A model generated the notes under the pieces. It was not told the DNA's origin, did not search any database, and worked only from the letters and a program-made list of their open reading frames with translations. 64,000 nt of DNA, taken from positions 4,000,001-4,064,000 of the forward strand of contig CAWAIF010000003.1 of the NCBI GenBank assembly GCA_963782055.1, written 5' to 3'. Made by a program: the position numbers and the translations under genes. Of this stretch, positions 31,345 to 42,704 are shown one piece after another. Each line of letters opens with the position of its first letter. Position 1 is the stretch's first letter. This DNA is from an uncultured delta proteobacterium (GTDB lineage Bacteria > Myxococcota_A > Polyangia > Polyangiales > Polyangiaceae).

Positions 31345-32160
31345 ATGGACGGCCCCGCAGTTGCGTTCCCGCGGCCGGGACGCGCCCTCAAGCTGGTGCT
31401 CGTCCTGTACGCCGTGCTCGGCGTGCTCGTCGGCCTGGTGGTCAACCTGGTGCCGCGCGGGGGCGCGATCCTGCCGTGGCTCGTCTGTGCCCCGTCCACG
31501 GTGCTCAGCCGCCCCTGGACGCTGCTCACCGCCGGTCTGCTCACCAGCTGGGAGAGCTACACCCACCTGCTCTTCACCCTCGCCGGCTTCTACTTCCTCG
31601 GCCCCGAGCTGGAGCGGCAGTGGGGCCCGTCACGCTTCCTGCGCTTCATCGCGCTGAGCATCGTCGGCGGCTTCGGGCTCTCCCTGTTCATCGCGCGCTT
31701 CGCGCCGGAGGGCGCGGGCCTCTTCCACCCGCAGTTCATGCTCGGGCCGGGGGCGGCGCTGGCCGGGCTGGGCGCCGCCTGGGGGCGGGAGAAGCCCTAC
31801 GCGGAGATCCGCCTCTTCTTCGTGCTGCCCATCTCCGGGCGGGTCCTGGTGTGGATCACCCTCGGCTTCTGCGCGCTCGGCCTCGTCTATCCGCACGGCA
31901 TCCCGGAGGGTGTCGTCGCGCCGTTCGGCGGGTTCCTCGCGGGGATCCTGCTCGGCGGCACACCCTCGCCGCTGCGCGCGATCTACCTGCGCACCAAGCT
32001 CGCCCTGCTCCGCCGCGGGGCCCCTGCGGTGAAGGTGGACCTGCGCACCTCCGGGCGGAAGCCGCGCCCCGGCGCGCCCCCGCTCCGCGTGGTGTACGGC
32101 GGCCTGGAGGACGAGCTGGAGAAGCGCAAGCCGCCGAAGGACAAGCGCTACCTCAATTGA
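31345..32160 (+). CDS. rhomboid-like (probably non-catalytic) membrane protein
   Basis: RPWTLLT, HLLF, LERQWG..RFLRF; GPG and APFGG at the usual Ser/His positions; C-terminal PKDKRYLN. Confidence 0.7.
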   Translation: MDGPAVAFPRPGRALKLVLVLYAVLGVLVGLVVNLVPRGGAILPWLVCAPSTVLSRPWTLLTAGLLTSWESYTHLLFTLAGFYFLGPELERQWGPSRFLRFIALSIVGGFGLSLFIARFAPEGAGLFHPQFMLGPGAALAGLGAAWGREKPYAEIRLFFVLPISGRVLVWITLGFCALGLVYPHGIPEGVVAPFGGFLAGILLGGTPSPLRAIYLRTKLALLRRGAPAVKVDLRTSGRKPRPGAPPLRVVYGGLEDELEKRKPPKDKRYLN

Positions 32161-33160
32161 CCGGGGCCAGGCGGGTGGCGAGGTGCATCGCGTGCTTCAT
32201 CCCGCGGGGGTCGGCGTCGAAGCGCGCGGCGCGGTCGTAGGCGGTGCCGTGGTCCACGCTGGTGCGTACGATGGGCAGGCCGAGCGAGACGTTGACCGCC
32301 GTGCCGAAGGCGAGCAGCTTCATCGGGATCGTCGCCTGATCGTGGAACATGGCGACGACGCCGTCGTACTCGCCGCCCACCGCCAGGCGGAACGCCGTCT
32401 CCGCCGGGACCGGCCCGAAGAGCCGCGCCTTGATACGTGCATCATGCAAACGTCGGGCGGCCAGGCCGATGCCGGGGACGATCCGCGCGGCCTCCTCGCG
32501 CCCCAGCAGGCCGCCCTCCCCCGCGTGGGGGTTGAGCGACGCCACCGCCACGCGCGGCGCGCCCCCGCACGTGCGCGACAGGAGCACCGCCAGCCAGTAC
32601 GCCGCCGCCCCGACGCTCTTGCGGGTGACCGCCGACGGCACGCGCGCGATGGGCAGGTGCGTGGTGCAGAGCGCCGTCGTGAGGCGCTCCGACCAGAACG
32701 CCATGACGACCTCCCGCGCGCCCAGCCGGCGCTGCAGGTGCTCGGTGTGGCCGAGGAAGCGACGCGCGCCGGGCGCGCCGGAGTGGGCGATGGCGTCCTT
32801 GCTCACCGGGCCGGTGACCAGCGCCGCCGCGCCCCCGCGCGCCGCCAGATCGCACGCGGCGTCGACCCAGGCGAGCTGCGCGGCCCCGCCCGCGCGGGAG
32901 GGTTGCCCGAGCACGCAGTCGCGCGCGCGCAGCGCGGCGCCGGGCTGCCAGACGGCGATGGAGCGCGCGCCCACCTTGGCGTCGGGATCCTCGACCGCCA
33001 CGACGCGCGAAGCGTCGATCCCCCTGCCGCGCGCCGCGCGGCGAACCACCCCCAGGTCACCGACCAGCAGCGCGCGCGCTCCGCGCAAGGAGGCCGCCGC
33101 GACGACCGCGACCTCCGGCCCGATTCCGGAGGGGCACCCGATGCTGACCGCGAGCTTCAT
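32153..33160 (-). CDS. pdxA: 4-hydroxythreonine-4-phosphate dehydrogenase
   Basis: GCPSGIGPEV, TGPVSK, GHTE, NPHAGE, AMFHDQ and RTSVDHGTA motifs. Confidence 0.96.
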   Translation of the reverse strand: MKLAVSIGCPSGIGPEVAVVAAASLRGARALLVGDLGVVRRAARGRGIDASRVVAVEDPDAKVGARSIAVWQPGAALRARDCVLGQPSRAGGAAQLAWVDAACDLAARGGAAALVTGPVSKDAIAHSGAPGARRFLGHTEHLQRRLGAREVVMAFWSERLTTALCTTHLPIARVPSAVTRKSVGAAAYWLAVLLSRTCGGAPRVAVASLNPHAGEGGLLGREEAARIVPGIGLAARRLHDARIKARLFGPVPAETAFRLAVGGEYDGVVAMFHDQATIPMKLLAFGTAVNVSLGLPIVRTSVDHGTAYDRAARFDADPRGMKHAMHLATRLAPVN

Positions 33161-33885
33161 GCTTCCCTTCCCGCGCCGCCCGGCGCGCGCAGGACGTAGC
33201 CCGCGCCGCGCAGCGTCTCCAGCGGCAGGGCCTCGCCGAGCTTGGCGCGTAGCCGCCGCACGTGAATGTCGACCGTCCGGGGGCCGCCCTCGTAGCGCGA
33301 GCCCCACACCCGCGCGAGCAGCGTCTCGCGCGCGAGCACCTTGCCACGGTTCTGCGCCAAGAAGGCCAGAAGGGCGAACTCGCGCGCCGTCAGCGTCACG
33401 CGCCGCCCGTCGACCGAGACCTCGTGGCCGGCGCGGTCCACCACCACGCCGCCCACCTTGATGCGCTCCTCGTTGGCGAACTCGCTCACCTGCCACTCCA
33501 GCTTGCGGATGCGTGCGTAGAGCTCGGTGGGCGTGCAGGGCATCACGATGAAATCGTCGAAACCGGCGGCGGGGTCCAGCCCCGAGACGTACCGGGCGGG
33601 GAGCGCCGCCAGCACCGGCACCCGCGCGAGCCGCGCGTCGTGACGGAGCTGGCGCAGCGCGGCCACCGCGAGGTCGGGTCGCTCGCCCGCCTCGATGACG
33701 GCCACGCGCGCCGAGTCGTCCTCGCCCAGCAGGGCGTCGGCGTCGGCGAAGAGGCCGCCCGCGCGCACGTCGGCGCCGAGCTGGCGCAGCAGGCCGGCGC
33801 ACGAGGTCTCCTCCTCGTTCTCCTCGCCGAGCACCACGAGCGGCAGGTGGCGAGCCTCCCTCGCCGCGGCCTTCTTCGGCTTCAC
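33157..33885 (-). CDS. OmpR-family winged-helix regulator with atypical receiver (GlnR-like)
   Basis: LTAREFALL and VWG..YEGGPRTVDIHVRRLRAKLG motifs; receiver has VIEAG in place of the phospho-Asp motif. Confidence 0.85.
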   Translation of the reverse strand: MKPKKAAAREARHLPLVVLGEENEEETSCAGLLRQLGADVRAGGLFADADALLGEDDSARVAVIEAGERPDLAVAALRQLRHDARLARVPVLAALPARYVSGLDPAAGFDDFIVMPCTPTELYARIRKLEWQVSEFANEERIKVGGVVVDRAGHEVSVDGRRVTLTAREFALLAFLAQNRGKVLARETLLARVWGSRYEGGPRTVDIHVRRLRAKLGEALPLETLRGAGYVLRAPGGAGREA

Positions 33886-34003
33886 CCGATCCCCTTCCAA
33901 CAAGCCCCTCTCCAGCGCCGGCCGGAGCCCTCCGCGAACGCCCGGGCTTCTACGTCGGCGGACCCTCGGCGGCAAGGATCGGGTCTTGCTTGGATCCCCC
34001 CGC

Positions 34004-34369
34004 ATGACCCTACGCTCCCTTGCCCTCGCGGGCCTCCTCGCCGCCTTCGGCGCCATCGCCTCCGGCTGTGGCGGCGCCTACGAGTACGAAGAAGTCGAGG
34101 TGGCGAGCGCGCCCCCTCCCCCGCCCCCGGCGCGCGTGGAGGTCGTCACGGTCTCTCCGGGGCCCGGCTACGTGTGGACGGGGGGTCACTGGCGGTACAC
34201 GCGCCGTGGTTACGTGTGGGAGCGCGGTGTCTGGGTCGCGCCCCGGCGCCACCGCGTGGTCGTCCACGTGCGCCCGGCGGTGCGCGGGCACGTGGTGGTG
34301 CGCGGGCACGCGGTGCACGTGCGCGGCCGTGGGCACGTGTACGTCAGCGCGCATCCGCACCGGCGCTGA
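34004..34369 (+). CDS. YXWGXW-repeat lipoprotein
   Basis: ASGC lipobox, PPPPP and PGYVWTGGHW..GYVWERGVW. Confidence 0.8.
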   Translation: MTLRSLALAGLLAAFGAIASGCGGAYEYEEVEVASAPPPPPPARVEVVTVSPGPGYVWTGGHWRYTRRGYVWERGVWVAPRRHRVVVHVRPAVRGHVVVRGHAVHVRGRGHVYVSAHPHRR

Positions 34370-35041
34370 GGGCCAGAAAGCCCGCCTGGCCGTGGGCACG
34401 CCAGATCAGCTCGACCACGGGGAACCCCAGCCTCGCGAAGAGGGCGAGGTGCTCGCTCACGCGCACCGGAAAGAACTGGGTCCCTTCCCGCGCCAGGTGT
34501 CGCTCCACCGTCTCGGCGTCGCGGCCCTGGGCCCGCTGCCAGGCGGCCCAGCGCGCCCGCTGCAGGGCGTGGCCGCGATCGGTCTCCGCGCGCACGTTCT
34601 CGAAGACGACGAGGGCGCCGCCTGGAGCCAGCAGTTCACGGCACCGTGAGACGGCGCGTTCACGATCGGCCATCGTCCCGTAGTGGTGGCACTGCACGGC
34701 GGTGATCACGTCGAAGGGCCCGGCGTCGGGGAGCTCCTGCGAGCGCGCGTGGATCACCTGGGCGGCGGGGAGGTCGGGCAGGCGCGCCCGGGCGAGCGCG
34801 AGCATGGCCTCCGACGGATCGGCCAGCCAGAGCTCCGTCGCTGGCGAGGCCGCACGCACGCGCTCCGCCAGCAGGCCGGGCCCGCAGCCGGTGTCCAGCC
34901 AGCGCGCGGGCGCGGCGGGCGCGACGGCGCCGCGCGCCACGTCCACCGCCGTGGCGAGGATCTCCGCGTGGTACGGGATGGTCCGCCCGACCTGATGCTC
35001 GTAATCCGCCGCCCTGTGCGCCGTCGTGTTGTCCGCGGCCA

Positions 35042-35042
<1 letters not shown>
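34344..35042 (-). CDS. class I SAM-dependent methyltransferase (CmoA-like)
   Basis: TIPYH, WLDTGCGPG, DPSEAML and LAPGG motifs; TGATG overlap with tldD. Confidence 0.85.
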
Positions 35043-36484
<1,442 letters not shown>

Positions 36485-36611
36485 GGGAGGGCCAAGGTAA
36501 GGCCCGCCACCACGAACGCCAAGCCGCTTTCGCGACGCGGCCGGGCGCCGCGTGCCCCGCGGCTCGGGCGTTTCCTGGTCCTCTGCCGGGCGATGGGCCT
36601 ACAGTCCGGCC

Positions 36612-37034
36612 ATGCTCTCGCAGCTCCTCATCGTCCTTCACGTCACCGCCAACCTCGTCTGGATCGGGGCCATCGCCTCCGTCGGCTGGCTCGTGAGCGC
36701 CGCGACCAAGACCGGCGACCCGAGCGCGGCGGTCCTCGGGCGGCAGCTCTATCTCAAGGCGGCGACGCCGGCGTTCCTGGTGAGCTTCCTCTGCGGGGCG
36801 GGGCGCTTCGCGATGGACCCTTCGTACTACATCCACCTTCATTGGTTCCACGGCAAGCTCACCGCGGCTCTGGTGGTCATCGCCCTGCACCACGTCATCG
36901 GCGGAAAAGCCCGGCGCGTCGCGAGCGGAAGTATGCAAGCGGGGCGCGGAGGGGGTATCCTAGTGGGTGCTCTGCTGGCGTGTGCGTTCCTTTCGGTCAC
37001 CCTGGTCATCTTCCGGCAAAATCTGGTGCCATGA
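36612..37034 (+). CDS. CopD/HemJ(UPF0093)-like membrane protein
   Basis: LHV...VWIG and WFHGKL...HH motifs; four TM segments. Confidence 0.6.
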   Translation: MLSQLLIVLHVTANLVWIGAIASVGWLVSAATKTGDPSAAVLGRQLYLKAATPAFLVSFLCGAGRFAMDPSYYIHLHWFHGKLTAALVVIALHHVIGGKARRVASGSMQAGRGGGILVGALLACAFLSVTLVIFRQNLVP

Positions 37035-37141
37035 TGACCTCTTGGCGAGGGTGGACTGGACGGGGTGCCACACCTCGGCCACTTGTCTTCCGCTAGGGAC
37101 CCACCCACCAAGACGTCCGAAGTCCGGGAGTTTCGTCATCC

Positions 37142-39742
37142 GTGGCGATTGACCGCGAAAAGGTCCTCGAGGCCGCGCAGAAGCTCGTCGAGAAGAAACG
37201 CTACGACAGGGCGATCCTCGAGTACCAGAAGCTCATCGAGGAGGATCCGAACGACGCGCGGACCCTCCTCAAGATCGGAGACCTCCAGCTCAAGATGGAG
37301 GGGTATCCGGACGCCATTGCCACCTACGAGCGCGTCGGCAGGCAGTACGCCCAGCAGGGCTTCGCGCTCAAGGCCATCGCGGTCTACAAGCAGATCCGCG
37401 AGATCGTCGCCAAGCACGTCCCGCACCTGGAGGAGCGCTACGCGCACATCCCTCCCAAGCTGGCGGAGCTCTACCAGCAGCTCGGACTGGTGTCCGACGC
37501 CCTCGCCGCGCTGGACGAGGTGGCCACGCGCCTGCAGCGGCAGCAGCGCGATCAGGAGGCCATCGAGGTCTTCCGCAAGATCGTCACGCTCGACCCCACC
37601 AATCCCCTGCCCCACCTGCGTCTCGCCGAGGCGCTCTCCCGCGCGCGCGACGCCGACGGCGCGGTCAGCGAGTTCGGCATCGCCGCCGCGCTGCTCATCA
37701 AGCTGGGTCGCCGCGACGACGCGCTGAAGGTCCTCGAGCGCCTGCTCCACCACCGCGCCGAGCCCGCGCACGCGCGCATGGCCGCGGAGCTGTACCTCGC
37801 CCGCGGCGGCACGACCGACGGCATGCAGGCCCTGTCGAAGCTGCAGATCTGCTTCCACACCAACCCGAAGGACCTCACCACCCTCGACCTGCTCGCCAAG
37901 GCGTTCGTCCAGATCGGCCAGCCGCGCAAGGGCATCGAGGTGCAGAAGGAGATGGCGCGCATCGCGCGCGAGCAGAAGCGCCTGGACGTGATGGACAACG
38001 TCCTCGCCGTGCTCTCGCAGATCGCCCCCGACGACGACGGCGTCGCGCAGCTCATGATCGCCCGCGACGAGCTGGCGGTGGAGCTCGCCGGCGAGATGGA
38101 GGAAGAAGAGGCCGAGCTCATCGAGGAGGTGGAGGACTTCATCGAGGAGGTGCCCGAGCCGCCGCCGTCGGAGGCGGAGCCCCTCCTGCTCCGCAGCGAG
38201 CCTCCCACCGCGATGATGGACGAGGGGCCGGAGCTGGTGGAGCAGGAGTTCGCGCCCGCCGCGGAGCCCGACGCCGCGGTGATGTCGCGCCTCGCCGACC
38301 TGCTCGGGGAGGCGCAGTCCTTCCGGCGCGTGCGGCTCTACGCCAAGGCGGTGGAGGCCATCGCCGCGGGCCTGGAGATCGACGGCCGGTCCATCCCGCT
38401 CCGAGCCGAGCTGCGCGACATCTACCTCGAGGCGGGCCAGCCGGCCGACGCGGTCGTGGAGATGCTCAACATCGCCTCGCTGCAGCTCGACGCGCTGGAC
38501 GGCGACGGCGCCGCGCAGACGCTCCAGGACGTGCTCGCGGTCGACCCGGAGAACGAGCGCGCCGCGGTGATGCTCCGCGAGCTCGGCTACGAACCGGTGG
38601 AGGAGGCGCCCCCGCCGCCGCCCCAGGACTTCTACCTCCCGCCCGGCCGCGCGCGGATGCCCAGCTACGATCCCGAGGCGCCGCTGCCCTCGTACGACCT
38701 GGACGAGCCGGGCTTCGCCGAGGCGCCGACGGGCCACACCGCGGTCGTCGACGACGCGCCGCTGCCCAGCTTCCCGCTCGACGCGCCGGAGAGCGAGGCG
38801 CAGTTCGAGCTGATCCCCGACAAGGCTCCCTCGGTGATGCCGCCGGAGATGCCCAGCGAAGCGGCGACGGCGGCGTACGCCAAGCCCACCAGCGAGGAGA
38901 TCGAGGAGGCGCTGGAGGAGGCGGACTTCTTCGCCTCGCGCGGCCTGTTCGAGGACGCCAAGGCGGTCATCTCCGACCAGCTCTCGCGCAACCCGAGCCA
39001 CAAGCTGCTGCTCGAGCGCATGGCGGAGATCGAGGCGCAGGAGCAGGCGGCGCAGCGCGGCTCCGGCACGCGCGCGCGGCCCGACGCGACCTCCCCCGTC
39101 GCGCCCATCCCGGACGAGGACTTCGACATCTCCTCCTCGCTCGACGCGCTGGAGGCCCTCGACGTCGCCCCCGAGGCGCAGAGCCTCATGAACGACACCG
39201 GCCAGGTGGACGTCGAGGAGGTCTTCGCCAAGTTCAAGGAGGGCGTGCAGAAGACCCTCTCCGTCGATGACGGCAAGGCCCACTACGATCTCGGCCAGGC
39301 CTACCGGGAGATGGGGCTGCTCGACGACGCCATCACCGAGTTCGACACCGCCGCGCGCGATCCCAAGCTGGAGGTGGACGCGCGCTTCCTCGTCGGCATG
39401 ATCCAGACCGAGCGCGGGATGGTCAAGGAGGCCATCGCCGCCTACCAGAAGGCGCTCTCCGCGCGCATCCGCACGCCGGAGCAGGAGACGATCCTCTGCT
39501 TCGAGATCGGCGCCGGCTACGAGACGCTGCGCATGCCCAAGGAGGCGCTCAGCTTCTTCCAGCGCGTGGTGCGGCGCGACCCGGGCTACCGCGACGTGCA
39601 GGAGCGCATCCGCCGCCTCTCGCAGACCAGCGCCAAGCCGGCCGTGCGCGCGGTGGCGGTGGGCGCGGAGGACGACGAGTTCGACCGCGCCTTCGACGAG
39701 CTGCTCGGCAGCGACGGCACCCTGGGCAAGGGTCAGGGCTAG
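37142..39742 (+). CDS. large TPR protein, SgmX-like
   Basis: N-terminal TPRs (YDRAILEYQK..EDPND, GFALKAIAVYKQI), acidic Pro-rich linker, EEADFF and HYDLGQAYREMGLLDDAI C-terminal TPRs. Confidence 0.8.
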   Translation: MAIDREKVLEAAQKLVEKKRYDRAILEYQKLIEEDPNDARTLLKIGDLQLKMEGYPDAIATYERVGRQYAQQGFALKAIAVYKQIREIVAKHVPHLEERYAHIPPKLAELYQQLGLVSDALAALDEVATRLQRQQRDQEAIEVFRKIVTLDPTNPLPHLRLAEALSRARDADGAVSEFGIAAALLIKLGRRDDALKVLERLLHHRAEPAHARMAAELYLARGGTTDGMQALSKLQICFHTNPKDLTTLDLLAKAFVQIGQPRKGIEVQKEMARIAREQKRLDVMDNVLAVLSQIAPDDDGVAQLMIARDELAVELAGEMEEEEAELIEEVEDFIEEVPEPPPSEAEPLLLRSEPPTAMMDEGPELVEQEFAPAAEPDAAVMSRLADLLGEAQSFRRVRLYAKAVEAIAAGLEIDGRSIPLRAELRDIYLEAGQPADAVVEMLNIASLQLDALDGDGAAQTLQDVLAVDPENERAAVMLRELGYEPVEEAPPPPPQDFYLPPGRARMPSYDPEAPLPSYDLDEPGFAEAPTGHTAVVDDAPLPSFPLDAPESEAQFELIPDKAPSVMPPEMPSEAATAAYAKPTSEEIEEALEEADFFASRGLFEDAKAVISDQLSRNPSHKLLLERMAEIEAQEQAAQRGSGTRARPDATSPVAPIPDEDFDISSSLDALEALDVAPEAQSLMNDTGQVDVEEVFAKFKEGVQKTLSVDDGKAHYDLGQAYREMGLLDDAITEFDTAARDPKLEVDARFLVGMIQTERGMVKEAIAAYQKALSARIRTPEQETILCFEIGAGYETLRMPKEALSFFQRVVRRDPGYRDVQERIRRLSQTSAKPAVRAVAVGAEDDEFDRAFDELLGSDGTLGKGQG

Positions 39743-40497
39743 GCGCGCGCGGCGCGGCGGCGCACCGCCTCGACGAAGCGGGCGACCCACGGGTCCTCGG
39801 ACGCCAGCGCGGCCGCGGCGACCGCGATCGGGCGGCCGCCCTCGAAGATCTCGCGGTAGGCGCGGACCAGCGCGCGCACGCTCGCCGGCGGCACGCCGCG
39901 GCGCTCCAGGCCGACGCGGTTGACGCCCCGCGCGCGCGCCCGGTCGCCCTGCACCACGAGGAACGGCAGCACGTCGTGCTCCACCATCGCCCCCGCCGCG
40001 ACGAAGGCGTTCTCCCCCACGCGGACGAACTGCGCGACGCCGGCGAGCCCGCCGAACGCCGCGTAGTCCTCCACGACCACGTGCCCGGCGAGCTGCACGC
40101 CGTTGGCGATGACGCAGCGCGAGCCGACGTGCGCGTCGTGCGCGACGTGGACGCCCACCATCAGCAGGTTGTCGTCGCCGATGCGCGTGGCCGACTCCTG
40201 CGTACCGCGGTGCACCGTCACGTGCTCGCGGAACACGTTGCGCCGGCCAATCTCGACCCGCGTCGGCTCGCCGCGGTGGCGGAGGTCCTGCGGGCTGCCG
40301 CCCAGCGCGGCGAAGGGGTGCACCACGCACCCCTCGCCCAGAGACATCGGTCCCTGGAGCACCGCGTGCGTCATGACGCGGCAGCCCGGCCCGACGCGCA
40401 CGCCGGCGCCGACGATGGCATAGGGCCCGACCTCCACGTCGCTCGCGAGCTCGGCAGACGCATCGACCACCGCCGACGGGTGCACCCGCGCGCTCAC
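39739..40497 (-). CDS. lpxA: UDP-N-acetylglucosamine acyltransferase
   Basis: VHPSAVV, PQDL, REHVTVHRGT, HVAHD and LAGHV motifs. Confidence 0.95.
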   Translation of the reverse strand: MSARVHPSAVVDASAELASDVEVGPYAIVGAGVRVGPGCRVMTHAVLQGPMSLGEGCVVHPFAALGGSPQDLRHRGEPTRVEIGRRNVFREHVTVHRGTQESATRIGDDNLLMVGVHVAHDAHVGSRCVIANGVQLAGHVVVEDYAAFGGLAGVAQFVRVGENAFVAAGAMVEHDVLPFLVVQGDRARARGVNRVGLERRGVPPASVRALVRAYREIFEGGRPIAVAAAALASEDPWVARFVEAVRRRAARA

Positions 40498-40498
40498 G

Positions 40499-40945
40499 TC
40501 AGCCCGCTTTGTCGACGACGCTGGCGAGCAGCTCGCCCTGCGCGCAGAGCGTCCCGTCCACCGAGGCCTCACCCTTGAACTTCCACACGTTGGTGCGGTG
40601 CGTGAGGACGCTGACCTCCAGGTCCAGTCGGTCGCCGGGGACGACGGGGCGGCGGAACTTCGCCTTGTCGATGCCCAGGAAGTACATGAGCGAGCTCTGC
40701 GCGTCGAAGGGCTCGCTGGCGTACGCGAGCAAGCCGCCAATCTGCGCCAGCGCCTCCAGGATGAGCACGCCGGGCATCATCGGGCGGCTGGGGAAGTGTC
40801 CGAGGAACCACGGCTCGTTCATCGCCACGCTCTTGTGGCCGCGGATGCGCTCGAACGGCACCACCTCGGTGACGCGGTCCACCATCACGAAGGGGAAGCG
40901 GTGGGGGAGGATCTGCAGGATGCGGTCGATGTCGATCGAGGTCAC
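40499..40945 (-). CDS. fabZ: 3-hydroxyacyl-ACP dehydratase
   Basis: LPHRFPFVMVDR, GHFP..PMMPGVLILEALAQ and KFRRPVVPGD motifs. Confidence 0.97.
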   Translation of the reverse strand: MTSIDIDRILQILPHRFPFVMVDRVTEVVPFERIRGHKSVAMNEPWFLGHFPSRPMMPGVLILEALAQIGGLLAYASEPFDAQSSLMYFLGIDKAKFRRPVVPGDRLDLEVSVLTHRTNVWKFKGEASVDGTLCAQGELLASVVDKAG

Positions 40946-41844
40946 GTGGAGCCCTCTTTGGCGCCGCGGTACAGGCGCCCCAGCGCACGCAGCCAGCGCC
41001 AGCGCGGCACCGCCGGGTATCCTGCCACGACGGCGCCCGCCGGTACATCGCCGATGACGCCGCTCTTGGCGGCGACGCGCGCGCCCGCGCCCACGCGCAC
41101 GTGATCCGCGAAGCCCGCCTGACCGCCGACCAGCACGCCCCGCCCGAGCACGACCGAGCCGGCGAGGCCGACCTGCGCCGCCAGGATGCAGTCCTCGCCG
41201 ACCTCGGCGTTGTGGCCGACGTGGACGTGCGCGTCCAGCTTGGCGCCGCGGCGGATGCGTGTAGGCTGCAACGTTCCGGCGTCGACGGTGCAGAGCGGAC
41301 CGATGCAGACGTCGTCCTCGATGATCACCCCGCCGAGCTGCGGGATGACGCGGACCGCCCCGCCGGCGCCGGTGGCCCAGCCGAAGCCGGGGCGGCCGAT
41401 CACGCAGCCCGCCTCGATGCGCACGCGCCGCCCGATGACGACGCGGGGGGCGAGCACCACGTGCGCCCCGAGGGTGCTGCCCTCCCCCACCACCGCGGCG
41501 GCGCCGGGCTCCTCCGCGGCCTCCAGCAGCTCGGCGAAGGCCCACGACGCGAAGGGGTGCACCCACGCCGGCGCCGAGGCGACGCGAGGGTCGTCCGCCA
41601 CCCGGGCGTCGAGCAGCAGGGACGCCCCGCGCGACACCGCCGCCGCGGCCTGGGCGAGGTAACGCGAGGAGAGCACCGGCGCGAGGTCCCCCGCGCGCGC
41701 CTCCGCCACGGGGGCGACGCGCACCACCACGACGTCGCCGTGCCCTGCGCGCACGCTCCCCCCGTGCGCGGCGGCCAGCGCGTCGAGCGCGCGCGCGTGC
41801 CGCAGCGCGATGCCTGCCCGCTCCGCCGGAGCGGGCTCGCTCAC
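40942..41844 (-). CDS. lpxD: UDP-3-O-acylglucosamine N-acyltransferase (short form)
   Basis: GFG, IPQLGGVIIEDDV and HVGHN motifs; hexapeptide repeats. Confidence 0.9.
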   Translation of the reverse strand: MSEPAPAERAGIALRHARALDALAAAHGGSVRAGHGDVVVVRVAPVAEARAGDLAPVLSSRYLAQAAAAVSRGASLLLDARVADDPRVASAPAWVHPFASWAFAELLEAAEEPGAAAVVGEGSTLGAHVVLAPRVVIGRRVRIEAGCVIGRPGFGWATGAGGAVRVIPQLGGVIIEDDVCIGPLCTVDAGTLQPTRIRRGAKLDAHVHVGHNAEVGEDCILAAQVGLAGSVVLGRGVLVGGQAGFADHVRVGAGARVAAKSGVIGDVPAGAVVAGYPAVPRWRWLRALGRLYRGAKEGST

Positions 41845-42419
41845 GGCTTGGCGGCCGACCCCTCGGGCGCGGGCGCCGGGGCCGGGGCGCCGCCGCTGTT
41901 GTACATCTGGATGCACTTGTCGGTGAGATCCAGGTCGGTGCGCACGTAGGCGACGGTCGCCTTGTCCACGACGAGGTCGTAGTTCTCGGTCGTGGCGATG
42001 CGCTTCACGATGCCCATGATCTTCTCGAAGATGGGCTCGGTGAGCTCCTTCTGCTTCTTCTCGAGCTCCTTGTTGTAGTCGACGAAGACGCTCTGCAGCT
42101 CCATCATCTGCTTCTGGAGCTCGTCGACGCGCTTCTGGTAGGCCTCCTTGGAGAGGACCTTCGCCTGCTTGTCGATGTCTGCCTTCTGCTTCTGAAGGTC
42201 GGTCTGCTTGCGGTTCAGCTCCTGCTGGCGGCTGTCGAAGAGCTTCTTCAACGTCGCCTGGGCGCGCAGACCGTCCTCGGTCTGCATGACCGCGCGCTGC
42301 ACGTCGACCACCGCGACACGCATGGCGGGCGCCTGCTGGGCGTGGGCCGGGGCCCCCAGGAAGAGGAGCGGAAGGAGGAGGACGGCCATCACCAGACCGC
42401 GGCGAAACGCGTGCTGCAT
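41841..42419 (-). CDS. skp: OmpH/Skp periplasmic chaperone
   Basis: Signal peptide, VAVVDVQR, coiled coil, YDLV and DLT motifs; upstream of lpxD. Confidence 0.92.
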   Translation of the reverse strand: MQHAFRRGLVMAVLLLPLLFLGAPAHAQQAPAMRVAVVDVQRAVMQTEDGLRAQATLKKLFDSRQQELNRKQTDLQKQKADIDKQAKVLSKEAYQKRVDELQKQMMELQSVFVDYNKELEKKQKELTEPIFEKIMGIVKRIATTENYDLVVDKATVAYVRTDLDLTDKCIQMYNSGGAPAPAPAPEGSAAKP

Positions 42420-42426
42420 GCGTGGC

Positions 42427-42455
42427 GGGTTAGCTTGTCACCGCCACGCCGTCAA
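42427..42455 (-). promoter_or_regulatory. sigma70-like promoter for the skp-lpx operon, probably leaderless
   Basis: TTGACG-N17-TAACCC, then 7 nt to the ATG at 42419. Confidence 0.55.
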
Positions 42456-42704
42456 CCGGACGATCCGGCCCCTCCATGCACCGGCGCCCCCGGCGGCGGA
42501 TCGCCAGCTTCCTTGCGATCGGGCGAGCGGCCGCCGTGCCGGAGGGACCGCCCCGCGTGACCGGCGGTGACCGGCCGGGTGACCGCGAGCATGCCGACGA
42601 TCGCCCCGACCCGCCCCGGCCGCGCGGCGGCGCCTGGCCCAGTGTGTACGCCCGTCCACAGCCGCAGCGGCAACCAGGTCCCACAATCGCCACCCTCATG
42701 GGAG

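Noticed and set aside
40942..41844. lpxD as a pseudogene because it is short
   Set aside because: The ORF is continuous, coupled to both neighbours and keeps the HVGHN catalytic motif; it only has fewer hexapeptide coils
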